Positions 11,917-29,890 of a stretch of DNA of 64,000 nucleotides are shown here, in pieces. A program made the translations under genes and the position numbers. This DNA comes from Macrostomum lignano. Lineage: Eukaryota. Location: NCBI GenBank assembly GCA_002269645.1, contig NIVC01002297.1, forward strand, positions 121,935 to 185,934, given 5' to 3'. The notes beneath the pieces were generated by a model, which saw only the letters and a list, made by a program, of their open reading frames with translations, ran no database searches and was not told the DNA's origin. The number at the start of each line of letters is the position of its first letter. The first letter of the stretch is position 1.

Positions 11917-13280
11917 CTGATGCATGAGCGTTGCAGACCTTGGCTCACATCTCGAACTAGACGACCTAGAACCTGCTGCAGCGGCAGCGGTAGCAGCGGC
12001 GGCTGCAGCAGCGGCGGCCACCCCGTGCGTAGCGGCTAGCGGGCTGACGGCCGAAAGCCCCAGCAGACGGTGCTGGTGAAAGGCGGCGGCACTCCACGGA
12101 CTCTGCGGGCTGAAATAGCCGGACGACTGACTGTAAGGCGTCATCGGCGAGAAAGGCGACGACATCAGATCGCTCTCCATGTCTATCGACATCCATCCTG
12201 AGCTAGATGAGGCGCTTCCGTGACGCGTAGCCTGTGAGAAGCTGCCTCCCGACCACCGGCGCATCGGGAGCGGGTGAGCAGCTCGGCCAGGATGTCCTGC
12301 TGATGAGTCATCACTTGCTGCTGTCGAGAAGGCGATGGCGTTGGCAAAGATGTCGCTGGAGCTGACAGCTGATGAAGTTGGGACGGCGTCAATTCAGGGA
12401 CCGTCAGGAAGGCCTGAGACTGCATCACTCTGCTCGAAGCTGCCGCGACAGATGCCCCGGCTAGTGGAATCCCACTCGAGGTCGGAGCTAGTGGACTGCT
12501 GCTGCAACTCTGCGCTTCCTCGTGCCACTGTCCGAAGTCTTCTCCACTATCCGAGGGCGACTTATCACGAAATTGTCGAAAACACGGCGCAGCAAAGGAT
12601 GCTCCCGTGCTTGTAGACTGCTGCTGTTGCTGCTGCTTCTGCTGCTCTTGATCCTGCTGCATATAGCGGTCTCGAAGCATCTTTTTAAAGCCCACGGCGC
12701 CACCTGGTGATGGTTCAGCCTCGGCCGGAGCTGCCGCTGCCCCGGCCGGCACAACGCTGGCTGCAGAGTTTGACGACGAAGACCCCGACCCCGACGAGTT
12801 AGATGTCGGCGGGGTGCTCCTGCCGCTCTCCTTCGAGTCTCGACTTGCCGTGTTCCGGCGCATCCGCTTTCGATAGATCTCCGCCTTGGAGATGTTCTGC
12901 AGGATCCGGTTCAGCCGGCTGTGGTCGCCTTGGTCCTCCTCGGCTGAGGCGGGCAGCCGCGGCGCTTGCTGCTGCCCGGCGGACTCCGATACGACGCGCT
13001 GCCAGATGTTCGAGTCACTGCTGGGCAGGCCGCCTCCATCGCCACTGCCGACGCTGACGCCGCCACAAGCTGCGAGCGGTGACACTGGCATGGACTTGCT
13101 GCTGGCTACGTCGTGAGCTATCGGAGTCGCTACCGCCAGCGCTGAAGGTGCCGGTCGCAGTTGCGGCTCGTTCGATTCGCACGGCCGCTTTTGACCGGCT
13201 CTGGGAAACGCCTCAGACAGTTCTGGCAGCTCTGCCGCCTCGTCTGGCTTGTGCCTGGCCTGGCTGGGGCCTGGCTCCAT
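11917..13280 (-). CDS. klu: Klumpfuss-like gene first coding exon, with one apparent 1-bp frameshift near 12272-12274
   Basis: ORFs 12183..13280 and 11857..12264 join if one C is added (exon 1364+1 = 455 codons); donor CAG|GTGAAC at 11917/11916; 97-bp intron to exon 2; Ser/Ala/Gln-rich low-complexity sequence typical of a transcription factor. Confidence 0.7.
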
Positions 13281-14280
13281 CTGAAACGCACAGGCAGTCA
13301 GTTTTTCAGGGGATTACATGTAGCGGATGTCCCAGAAAAAGGATAAATTTTTAGCGCCAATTTTTAGAGCAGTTTAGCACGTGACCCTGCAGTTCTACAG
13401 TAAACATCCGCGTCAACCATTGAAGAAGGGACTTAGAGAAGGAACAGGCCTAATGCTGTCAACTGTTTGCGAGTTTTTCTTTGTTACAAACTATACGACC
13501 GTATTTGCTAGTAAAGTCTATAAATCTGACGAGTCAAAATAAAATTTGTAACCCAAGATTTTACAGAGTTTTGGCCAGATAGAATAGAATTGCTACAATG
13601 ATCCACTTGGCTCGAATGCTAAAATCACATTTAGGTTATTTTTGGAACAGATCTCTTAGCCGTCTTTAAAAAAACAAATTGTTTTGACACTCCCGTCCAT
13701 TCCGTTCTAACCAGCGATTCATCATTAGGTGGTTCCTGTTTTTCTTTTCTTGGCTTCTGACAAGCACTGCTGCTGAGTGTTCTCACGCACTGCCAGGCTT
13801 ACCTGGCAAACAGGGTTGAGGCTAAAGACAAATGGACAGATTGGCAAGACAACCAAACACTTTCTTTGAGCCATCCAGAATTGGGGAGGGACGGGCTGGG
13901 ATGAAAGCAAATGGCGAGATAGAGATGGGGCGAGTGCATCTGTTGGGAGCAGAGATGTCTGCGTAGTGAAATTGATTTCAATAGTTACTCTTCACCCCTG
14001 CCGCTGGGAATGCGACACAAAGAGCTCTCGCTCCAGCCTGCACGACTCCACCCTGTCGACCTTGCGGTTTTGAGGGCAAGTCTATCTGCTCCTGAGCTGC
14101 GGGAAGCGAGGAAATTCAAGCAGACTCAAGGGACCTCCTCTTAGCCCCCGATTCTCGCGACCCCCCAGAGCCTGTCTTTATCTGCATTCCATCTGTTCTA
14201 TTCAGCGTTGAAAGCTCGTAAGTGCGTCGTGCACTTATTTATTATTAAGGCCTTGCATTTCCAAGCCAGCTACGAGCGTA

Positions 14281-14987
<707 letters not shown>

Positions 14988-15360
14988 CATTTTAATTTCA
15001 AAGTCCATCTTTTTCATTAACTTCAAGAATTGCTAGAAAATCGTTTAGAATCTCTTTAATTGGTTTTCCGTGTCCCAAATGATTGGAACTGCAGGCACTG
15101 TTAAGCCTAAACGAAGCATGGGAAACTAAGTTGACTAAATACTAAAAACATGACATTGACAATTTGAGCATTTTCGCTGAGTGATGGAAATGTTTTTAGC
15201 AACCTGCACGATCGCTATATTTAGACAGAGTTCGTGCTCGGAATTGATGGACTATGCAGGAAAGCGAATCTCTAAGTCCATAATAGCACAAGTGCAGGCT
15301 GTACTTCTATTTGATGACTGCTCAGCATTTAGCCCCGACTCATACTGTCGAGTGAGGTGA

Positions 15361-15690
15361 GGCGAGGCGAGATGAGGCGAGTGATAGAATAGTGAGAGCG
15401 AATGAAAAAGAGGAGAGGTAGAAGGGAATGAGAAGGGAGGAAGAAGGGAGGAAGGGAGGGAGAAAGGAGGGAGAAGGGAAAGAGAAGGGAGGGAGAAGGG
15501 AGAGAGAAGGGAGGGAGAAGGGAGGGAGAAGGGAAAGAGAAGGGAGGGAGAAGGGAGGGAGAAGGGACGGGAGAAGGAAGGAAAAACAGATGGAGAAGGG
15601 AGTAAGAAGGGAGGGAGAAGGGAGGGACAAGGTAGGGGAGAAGAGAGGGAAAGAGTGGGAGAAGGGAGGGGAAGAGTGGGAGAAGGGAGG
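15361..15690. repeat. Purine-rich (GA/GGA) low-complexity tract
   Basis: Direct. Confidence 0.85.
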
Positions 15691-16159
15691 CGGCAGGAAG
15701 CTTCAGTGCCAGAGGTATGCCTTGGTCTTATAAAAGCAGATCGAGCTAAAGCAAAAAGCAAAATAGAGTTGCTGCAGAATAGATATGACAAATTATACAT
15801 GTGTTAATCTAAAACAAGACGTGCAGTGCAGTCAGTGTGGTCGCACCCGAGCAGGACTGCAGTCACCAATCGGGGTCAGAATTTCACGACTTTGGAAAAC
15901 TATTATTAGTGGTACAATCATGAGCACACAGAGCTGTGTAATTCTGCAACAGGGCAACCGGTTCAACAACGGCTCTTATAATAGGAATTCACTGACTGCA
16001 CTCTCCCCCGATCTCTTCAGCATTTTTGATTGAATATGCTCTAAAAATTTTCATTCCTTTAACGGCGTTCTTTACTGAAGGCAAAAATTGCAAATGCATG
16101 GCCGAGATAGAGGTAGAGGATTTACAATTGTGCAGTGAACTCGTCACGTGCCTAAAGAC

Positions 16160-17072
16160 TGGTATAAGCGCGCACTGGCATAAGCGCGCACTGGCACAAG
16201 CGCGCACTGGCATAAGCGCGCACTGGCACAGGCATAAGCGCGCACTGGAATAAGCGCGCACTGGAATAAGCGCGCACTGGAATAAGCGCGCACTGGAATA
16301 AGCGCGCACTGGAATAAGCGCGCACTGGAATAAGCGCGCACTGGAATAAGCGCGCACTGGAACAAGCGCGCACTGCAATAAGCGCGCACTGGAAAAAGCG
16401 CGCACTGGAAAAAGCGCGCACTAGCACTGGAATAAGCGTGCACTTGAAAAAGCGCGCACTAGCACCGGAATAAGCGCGCACTGGAATAAGCACGCACTAG
16501 CACCGGAATAAGCGCGCACTGGAATAAGCGCGCACTGGAATAAGCGTGCACTGGAATAAGCGCGCACTAGCACCGGAATAAGCGCGCACTGGAATAAGCG
16601 CGCACTGGAATAAGCGCGCACTGGAATAAGCGCGCACTGGAATAAGCGCGCACTGGCACAAGCGCGCACTGGCATAAGCGCGCACTGGCACAAGCGCGCA
16701 CTGGCATAAGCGCGCACTGGCACAAGCGCGCACTGGCATAAGCGCGCACTGGCACAAGCGCGCACTGACAATAAGCGCGCATTGACATAAGCGCGCACTG
16801 GCACAAGCGCGCACTCACAATAAGCGCGCACTGGCATAAGCGCGCACTGACAATAAGCGCGCACTGGCACAAGCGCGCACTGGCACAAGCGCGCATTGGC
16901 ACAAGCGCGCACTGGAATAAGCGCGCACTGGCACAAGCGCGCACTGGCATAAGCGCGCACTGGCACAAGCGCGCACTGGCATAAGCGCGCACTGGCACAA
17001 GCGCGCACTGACAATAAGCGCGCATTGACATAAGCGCGCACTGGCACAAGCGCGCACTGGCACAAGCGCGCA
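16160..17072. repeat. 16-bp CpG-rich minisatellite (CTGGAATAAGCGCGCA)n with variants
   Basis: Direct periodicity; GCGCGC in nearly every unit. Confidence 0.96.
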
Positions 17073-17719
17073 GATGAATGGCAGCAGCCAAGGCTACGCG
17101 GTGTCAATCGCCCCAAAACTGTCAATTAATACTTGTATTCAAAAGTGCAAACAGATCTCTGGAAGCGGGACTTACCAGTATTGGGTACTATTAAAGTTGA
17201 GTTGACAAAAGATATTCGAATTCAAGGCCTCAGATCATGCCTTACTTGCTGTGGTGATAGGGTCAGTCACTGCTTGCCAAGCCCGGGGAAGCTCAGGCAT
17301 TGGGGATCGCCCTATTTATGCTGAGTAGGATCTGGGTACTCGGAGCCACGCGCCCTTCAGCTGTCTTGCAACCCCCCCCCCCCTGCCATTGACTAACCAG
17401 AGCGCGCTTCCTCCGCCTTCTCAAGTAGCCCTGCCGTCATTCGCCACAACGGGAATAAGCCGGAGAGAGAGATTAGACAGAGATAGGTGGCAGGGGGACA
17501 ACACAGGGAGGCGGCGCTCAGCCTTTGACGCACTTTGCTGGCCTGGTTTAGATCCCGAAGGTGTCATTGCGTCTCTCGGAATTAATCTCTTTATTTCAGT
17601 GATGACGCAACACCTGACGTGAGATGACGCTACAGTTGTTGCTGGGTGTATAAAGGGAATAAAGTTGGTTCAATAAAAGCATTTTGAGGCAACCACTGCT
17701 TGTTGGATTCACAGACGTC

Positions 17720-17990
17720 AGGATCATATCATCCGGAACGGAAACTGAAATATTCTTTATGATTCACGGATATCACAATCATAGCATCTGGAATGGGAAC
17801 TGCAATTCTCTATGATTCACGGACGTCAGGATCATAGCATCTGGAATGGAAAGTGCAATTCTCTATGATTCACGGACGTAAGGATCATAGCATCTGGAAT
17901 GGGAACTACAATTCTCTATGATTCACGGACGTCAGGATTATAGCATCCGGAGTGTACACTGTTCTATGATTCATGGACTTCTGAATGTAG
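17720..17990. repeat. About 53-bp tandem repeat, 4-5 diverged copies (GGATCATAGCATCTGGAATGGGAACTGCAATTCTCTATGATTCACGGACGTCA)
   Basis: Direct. Confidence 0.85.
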
Positions 17991-18734
17991 CATCTGGAGT
18001 TTAAAAAGTATTTTAGCGTTGCCATAAAAGTTGAATCGACGCTAGATGTACTTTTAAAGCCCTTGAAGGTTGTCTTTGTCCTAATATCACAGCTATAGCT
18101 TTCGTAGTAACGACTGGCTGTTTTTAACAGACCCATAATTCCATACATCACATGTGCATCAAAGAGTCATCAAAATGAATCAGCTCTGTATAATTGATAA
18201 ATCTTGTTCAGAAAAATCTTAGCCGTGAATGTGATTTTGTTTGGCTGCAGCTCTTTGAGGGTGGAGTCTGTTTGAATTTCTGAACAAAGATTCATTGCTC
18301 GTTCACAGCTGGTACCACCTGTTCAAAGTCGTTCTCTCTCGACCTTATCCTTCGTTTGGTAATTATCCATTTTTTAATGCCATTCAGTCCTTTGTGGGCC
18401 GGGCTGCCTCCATTGATAATATTTCCGATTTTAAAACGAATGACGCACGAAGTCTGCACTGCTCTCAGGCTTTGAGGGATTGCAGAGACGTGAACGGCGC
18501 GGGGGGGCTTGTTTAAAGTGCGCGGGCGAATAGCGGCTCTGAGATGACAAAATAAGCTGTTTTCATGAGTCTCTAAATCGATGCTATGGGCTGATTTGTC
18601 AATTTTTTAACGTCACAATACAGATGTACAGACGGATTAATATCCCAAGGTTGCCGTGGTGTTAGCAGCCGAATTTAGTTCACTTCCTGAGCACTTTTAA
18701 TAAAAGAGATTGAGAGTTAGGTGGAGGGTGAGAA

Positions 18735-18935
18735 GAGCGAGGGGGAGAGAGAGAAAAGAGAGGAGAGATGAGATGAATATTGAGGAGATTAGGAGAGAGG
18801 GGTAGAAAGGGAAGAGTCCTCAAACTCCAAAGTTCTGACGTGGTAACGCAGATCCTCAGATATTTAAAGTATTTTATATTCTTCCTCAGGGCTAATAAGA
18901 AGAGAGAGATGAGAAGAAAAGAGAAGAGTCAGGAG

Positions 18936-19007
<72 letters not shown>

Positions 19008-19165
19008 TAGGTAGAGAGAGAGTGTGAGAGATATGGGGGAAGAGAGAGAGAGGAAGAGAAGGCAGAGAGAGGGGAGAGAGGGAGAGGGAGGGAGAAAGAG
19101 GGGGAGAGGAGGCGAGAGAGGGAGGCGGAAAGAGAGAGAGGGGGAGAAAGAGAGAGAGGGAGAGA
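18735..19165. repeat. GA-rich tract including a pure (GA)n run
   Basis: Direct. Confidence 0.9.
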
Positions 19166-20060
19166 AGTGACTCTCAGAGGAGACGAGCGAGGCAAGGAGG
19201 CGGAGTGAACAGCAATAGTGAAGATCAGCTGATCGATGTGAAGCATTATTAGTTGTGAAACCTGGAGATTCCAGGGCTCTGATAGCGAATTGAATCCGCA
19301 TTTTAAGGTACAAATAAAGGAGATTGGATTGAATCATAAGTATCAAATATCGAGTTTCCAAGGCCTCTGAGCCGCATAGCGAGCGCTCAGTCTCAGGCAT
19401 CACAATCAATTCAAATCGGCCTCTTGTTGCTTTCAGAGAAAAACAGCGACTGACAGAGATATGAAAAATTTCAACTGGCATGACGTCACTGATAAGCCGC
19501 TCTCCATCATGCTAATTAGCGAGGATTAAAGGCAGCAGAGGAGGCCTATTGTAAGTCTCAAATTGCGCAATTTCGATTGCACTTTAACTCTGTATTATAG
19601 TGCATGGAACTTTAATCTCTGGGATTATTTTATGAGAAAGCGAATATTATGACGTCAATGGGAGACTTTTATCTGTGGAATTAATCCGACATTTTTTAAA
19701 CTACTATAAGTAGCTGAAATGATGAGAAATCAGCGATAATAATATTCTGCGACATCGTCCCGCAATCGAAATCAGTTTCTGCTTTATGAACTTTGTAAGA
19801 TCGCTACTGCTTAACTAAAGCTTAGAAATTAAATAGAGGGAGCATGTTGTACAAGTATCAAGACCAGAACACTCACATAAACAAATTGATGTTTCCATTT
19901 ATTAAACAAATATAGCCTTTGATACGTAACAAACTTTAGACTTCAACAAAGTACTTGATTCGGAATTCAAAACATACGAGTATCCATTTGCTGACGTTTT
20001 TATACATAATCAGTCTGTCCATACTTAATAACAATGACTTACATGACTAACCCGCAATAT

Positions 20061-20267
20061 CATTCTCGACTTTTCTACCTGTAGCTTGACGCTGATTGGT
20101 TAATAAGTGCCTGTTAATACTCTTCTCGACTTTTCTACCACTAGCTTGGCGCTGATTGGTTGATAAGCGAACAGCAATGCTCTTCTGGACTTTTCTACCC
20201 CTAGCTTGACGCTGATTGGTTACGAGTAATAAACGACTAGCAGTACTATTCTCGACTTTTCTACCCC
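20061..20267. repeat. About 60-bp tandem repeat (3+ copies) just downstream of the TDO stop codon
   Basis: TTCTCGACTTTTCTACC...GCTGATTGGTT recurs at about 20063, 20123, 20183 and partially at 20249. Confidence 0.85.
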
Positions 20268-20298
20268 TGAATTGATTCTGATCGCAACTCCGAAATCT

Positions 20299-20562
<264 letters not shown>

Positions 20563-20565
20563 TTA

Positions 20566-20823
20566 GCAGGAGAGTGAACTGTCTAACAGGAGAGCGAACT
20601 GTCTTACAGGAGAGTGAACTGTCTAACAGGAGAGTGAACTGTCTAACAGGAGAGTGAACTGTCTAACAGGAGAGTGAACTGTCTAACAGGAGAGTGAACT
20701 GTCTTACAGGAGAGTGAACTGTCTAACAGGAGAGTGAACTGTCTAACAGGAGAGTGAACTGTCTAACAGGAGAGTGAACTGTCTAACAGGAGAGTGAACT
20801 GTCTAACAGGAGAGTGAACTGTC
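20566..20823. repeat. 20-bp minisatellite (TAACAGGAGAGTGAACTGTC)n in TDO intron 5
   Basis: Direct. Confidence 0.96.
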
Positions 20824-21172
20824 AAAAAGCACAGGATAACATTGATTTGATAATAATTCTGCACCTGAATATTGCAATCTACCGATTTTCAGTTTATGCA
20901 TTGAGATACTTGATATTGAAATTAAGGTGGAAACAATGAGATCCTATTGATGCTGATAAATATTCCACCTTTTGATTTCAAATTTAGGTCAACATTTTTT
21001 AATCCAGAGAAGCAGTTTTGCTACATCGAAAATATTTATCTCTGTGGAAATACTTTCTGCTGCGGTCACTTGTACGAGTAAATACCCCATCGAACTGTCA
21101 CTGATGGCTTTTTGGAAGATTAAAATAAGAGCTCCCGATAAACACTTGGATTGTTTAACTATGTAAAGCATA

Positions 21173-22408
<1,236 letters not shown>

Positions 22409-22417
22409 TCATACTAC

Positions 22418-22529
22418 CTTTTTCAATGTAGGAGTTATACACCTCCAAATTGTCGATGGAGTGAAAAGCGTCCAGCTGCTTCTTATAGTCGGCCATCTTC
22501 AACTGCTTCAGCGAGGGATCGGTCTCCCG
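22418..22529 (-). CDS. TDO2: TDO exon 4
   Basis: RETDPSLKQLKMADYKKQLDAFHSIDNLEVYNSYIEK(G); AG/GT boundaries, phase 0/1 fits neighbours. Confidence 0.88.
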
Positions 22530-22741
22530 CTGCGATGAGATTAGGAATGATGGGGTGCATGCAAGTACTTGTGAGTTACTAGCTGTGCAATGGTTAGTCG
22601 GGGATTGTAATGAATAGCCAGTGGCGCGATACCATGTAACCCGGTACCTTGCGTGCGTTTAGGGGATTTTCTTATCTATTAGACTAAGCACGAAAGACTT
22701 AGTAATCAGGTATGAGCGATGCACAATACAGATAGAGATTA

Positions 22742-25555
<2,814 letters not shown>

Positions 25556-25629
25556 TTAAGAAAAGCGTTGAATGCAAGAAAAACTTTTTAAAAATAAACG
25601 CATCGCAGATAAAAAAGAGATATCATCCA

Positions 25630-26920
25630 GACCTGAGAGAGACCAGAGAGATCAGAGAGAGACCAGAGAGATACTAGAGAGAGATCAGAGAGAGATCAGA
25701 AAGAGACCAGAGAGATCAGAGAGAGACCAGAGAGAGACTAGAGAGAGACTAGAGAGAGATCAGAGAGAGACCAGAGAGAGACTAGAGAGAGACTAGAGAG
25801 AGATCAGAGAGAGATCAGAGAGAGATCAGAGAGAGACCAGAGAGATACTAGAGAGAGATCAGAGAGAGATCAGAGAGAGATCAGAGAGAGATCAGAAAGA
25901 GACCAGAGAGATCAGAGAGAGACCAGAGAGAGACTAGAGAGAGACTAGAGAGAGATCAGAGAGAGATCAGAAAGAGACCAGAGAGATCAGAGAGAGACCA
26001 GAGAGAGACTAGAGAGAGACTAGAGAGAGATCAGAGAGAGACCAGAGAGAGACTAGAGAGAGACTAGAGAGAGATCAGAGAGAGATCAGAGAGAGATCAG
26101 AGAGAGACCAGAGAGATACTAGAGAGAGATCAGAGAGAGATCAGAAAGAGACCAGAGAGATCAGAGAGAGACCAGAGAGAGACTAGAGAGAGAGACTAGA
26201 GAGAGATCAGAGAGAGACCAGAGAGAGACTAGAGAGAGACTAGAGAGAGATCAGAGAGAGATCAGAGAGAGATCAGAGAGAGACCAGAGAGAGACTAGAG
26301 AGAGATCAGAGAGAGACCAGAGAGATACTAGAGAGAGATCAGAGAGAGACCAGAGAGATCAGAGAGAGATCAGAGAGATACTAGAGAGAGATCAGAGAGA
26401 GATCAGAGAGATACTAGAGAGAGATCAGAGAGAGATCAGAAAGAGACCAGAGAGATCAGAGAGAGACCAGAGAGAGACCAGAGAGAGACCAGAGAGAGAC
26501 CAGAGAGAGACTAGAGAGAGACCAGAGAGAGACCAGAGAGAGACCAGAGAGAGATCAGAGAGAGATCAGAGAGAGATCAGAGAGAGACTAGAGAGAGATC
26601 AGAGAGATCAGAGAGAGATCAGAGAGATCAGAGAGATATCAGAGAGAGACCAGAGAGAGAGAGATCAGAGAGATCAGAGAGAGATCAGAGAGATCAGAGA
26701 GATATCAGAGAGAGACCAGAGAGAGAGAGATCAGAGAGAGATCAGAGAGAGATCAGAGAGAGACCAGAGAGAGACCAGAGAGATACTAGAGAGAGATCAG
26801 AGAGAGATCAGAAAGAGACTAGAGAGATCAGAGAGAGACCAGAGAGAGACCAGAGAGAGACCAGAGAGAGACCAGAGAGAGACCAGAGAGACCAGAGAGA
26901 GACCAGAGAGACCAGAGAGA
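25630..26920. repeat. GA-rich 9-13-bp repeat (AGAGAGATCAG / AGAGAGACCAG / AGAGAGACTAG) in TDO intron 2
   Basis: Direct. Confidence 0.95.
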
Positions 26921-26954
26921 ATTAGCTGAGCGCTCGTGCACCAGCTGACCTCAC

Positions 26955-27182
26955 CTTCATGATGACCACCACGCGGTTCAGCCGGTTGATCACCAGCAGC
27001 ATTTTGCCTTCGTCGAAGACTTTCCCGCTGAACAGCTGGCGCACAGAGTCGATCTCGAAGATCACCTGCTTGAACCAGAGCTCGAACGCCTGGTGGGTCA
27101 CGATGAACAGGTGCTCATCGTGAACTGGCTGACCGCTGTCTGTCTGACCCACCGGTAGCTGGCAGGACAACAGACTGTTGAG
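26955..27182 (-). CDS. TDO2: TDO exon 2
   Basis: LNSLLSCQ...VHDEHLFIVTHQAFELWFKQVIFEIDSVRQLF...IMK; HDEHLF and active-site THQ motifs; 228 bp, phase 0/0. Confidence 0.96.
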
Positions 27183-27227
27183 CTGTGGGATTGGAGAGTT
27201 AAGAATGAGCACAGTCACTCAAAATGA

Positions 27228-28460
27228 GGACTCATCATACAGGCTGGTGACTGTATCTATGACTCATCATACAGGCTGGTGACTGTATCTATGACTCATC
27301 ATACAGGCTGGTGACTGTATCTATGACTCATCATACATGCTGGTGACTGTATCTATGACTCATCATACAGGCTGGTGACTGTATCTATGACTCATCATAC
27401 AGGCTGGTGACTGTATCTATGACTCATCATACATGCTGGTGACTGTATCTATGACTCATCATACATGCTGGTGACTGTATCTATGACTCATCATACATGC
27501 TGGTGACTGTATCTATGACTCATCATACAGGCTGGTGACTGTATTTATGACTCATCATACAGGCTGGTGACTGTATCTATGACTCATCATACAGGCTGGT
27601 GACTGTATCTATGACTCATCATACAGGCTGGTGACTGTATCTATGACTCATCATACGTGCTGGTGACTGTATCTATGACTCATCATACAGGCTGGTGACT
27701 GTATCTATGACTCATCATACAGGCTGGTGACTGTATCTATGACTCATCATACATGCTGGTGACTGTATCTATGACTCATCATACAGGCTGGTGATTGTAT
27801 CTATGACTCATCATACAGGCTGGTGACTGTATCTATGACTCATCATACAGGCTGGTGACTGTATTTATGACTCATCATACAGGCTGGTGACTGTATCTAT
27901 GACTTATCATACATGCTGGTGACTGTATCTATGACTCATCATACAGGCTGGTGACTGTATCTATGACTCATCATACAGGCTGGTGACTGTATATTTATGA
28001 CTCATCATACAGGCCAGTGACTATATCAATGACTCATTATACAGGCTGATGACATATCTACGACTCATCATACAGGCTGGTGACTGTATCTATGACTCAT
28101 CTTGCAGCTTGGTTGCTACATGTATATCTATGACTCATCATGCAGGCTGGGGACTGTATCTATGACTCATCTTGCAGCTTGGTTGCTATATCTATGACTC
28201 ATCATGCAGGCTGGGGACTGTATCTATGACTCATCTTGCAGCTTGGTTGCTATATCTATGACTCATCATGCAGGCTGGGGACTGTATCTATGACTCATCT
28301 TGCAGCTTGGTTGCTATATCTATGACTCATCATGCAGGCTGGTGACTGTATCTATGACTCATCATGCAGTTTGGTGGCTATATCTACTCGTATGACTCAT
28401 GATACAGGTTGGTGACTACATCTATGACTCGTAATACAGGCTGAAGACACATATAGCTAT
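27228..28460. repeat. 32-bp minisatellite (GACTCATCATACAGGCTGGTGACTGTATCTAT)n in TDO intron 1, decaying toward the right
   Basis: Direct. Confidence 0.96.
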
Positions 28461-28628
28461 GACTCATTATACAGACTAATGACTCCTATATGTCTCATCA
28501 TGACGACTCAAGACTATACTTTTGAGTCATACTACGATATCTAATGGGGATAGCTTTTATGACTCAAACTATTTGCTGGACTAATTAAGTCCCCTTAATC
28601 CATATTTATGAATCAATAACAATCTCAC

Positions 28629-28739
28629 CTGCAGATACTGGCCGTAAGTCAGCGCCGCATCGCCCATTGTTTCAACCTTGTTGACGCCTTCTTGATCGGC
28701 GCCACCGACTGGCTGATTTGCGTACATGCAGGAACTCAT
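28629..28739 (-). CDS. TDO2: TDO first coding exon
   Basis: MSSCMYANQPVGGADQEGVNKVETMGDAALTYGQYLQ|GTGAG; YGxYL motif of TDO. The six exons total 1200 nt = 399 aa + stop. Confidence 0.85.
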
Positions 28740-29091
28740 CTCTGATAGTTTCAATATGACTAATCCCTATAGTCTGTCTGTCAGATGCTTGGTCCGGTCC
28801 ACACTCCAGTCTGTCAGTTTTATTCAAGCTTGGAAAACCCCCTCCAGTTCTTATCTTATCATTAGAAGGCGGCTTTTTGGGGATTAATAAATAGCTGCAT
28901 TCTCCTCTCTGTGGGAAATAAAAGCTGTTCTGCCTGTGTGCCTTGTCGGTGCCAACACACCTCTGGATGACAGGTTCACACGGGTCAGAGCACAGGGGCT
29001 GGGCTGAGCACATGGTTAGGGAATAAAGAATCAGCCCCTTGTCATGGCTCAACTGACTTCCTGTGCTGTGGGAGCACTGGGCGGAGTGGGC

Positions 29092-29890
29092 GCCCCCTGT
29101 CCCCTTCTAGCGCCCCCTGTCCCCTTCTAGCGCCCCCTGTCTCCTTCTAGCGCCCCCTGTCTCCTTCTAGCGCGCCCTGTCCCCTACTAGCGCCCCCTGT
29201 CCCCTACTAGCGCCCCCTGTCCCCTTCTAGCGCCCCTGTCCCCTTCTAGCGCCCCTGTCCCCGTTCTAGCGCCCCCGTCTCCTTCTAGCGCCCCTGTCCC
29301 CTTCTAGCGCCCCCTGTCTCCTTCTAGCGCCCCCTGATCCCTTTCTAGCGCCCCCTGATCCCTTCTAGCGCCCCCTGATCCCTGATCCCTTCTAGCGTCC
29401 CCTGATCCCTTCTAGCGCCCCCTGTCTCCTTCTAGCGCCCCCTGTCCCCTTCTAGCGCCCCTGTCCCCTTCTAGCGCCCCCTGTCCCCTTCTAGCGCCCC
29501 TGTCCCCTTCTAGCGCCCCTGTCCCCGTTCTAGCGCCCCCGTCTCCTTCTAGCGCCCCTGTCCCCTTCTAGCGCCCCCTGTCTCCTTCTAGCGCCCCCTT
29601 ATCCCTTTCTAGCGCCCCCTGATCCCTTCTAGCGCCCCCTGATCCCTGATCCCTTCTAGCGTCCCCTGATCCCTTCTAGCGCCCCCTGTCTCCTTCTAGC
29701 GCCCCCTGTCCCCTACTAGCGCCCCCTGTCCCCTTCTAGCGCCCCCTGTCTCCTTCTAGCGCCCTGTATCCTTCTAGCGCCCCCTGTCTCCTTCTAGCGC
29801 CCCCTGTCTCCTTCTAGCGCCCCCTATCCCCTTCTAGTGCCCCCTGCCTTCTAGTTACCCTTTCCCCCTTCTAGTGCCCCCTGTTCCCTT
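29092..29890. repeat. 20-bp minisatellite (GCGCCCCCTGTCCCCTTCTA)n
   Basis: Direct. Confidence 0.95.
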
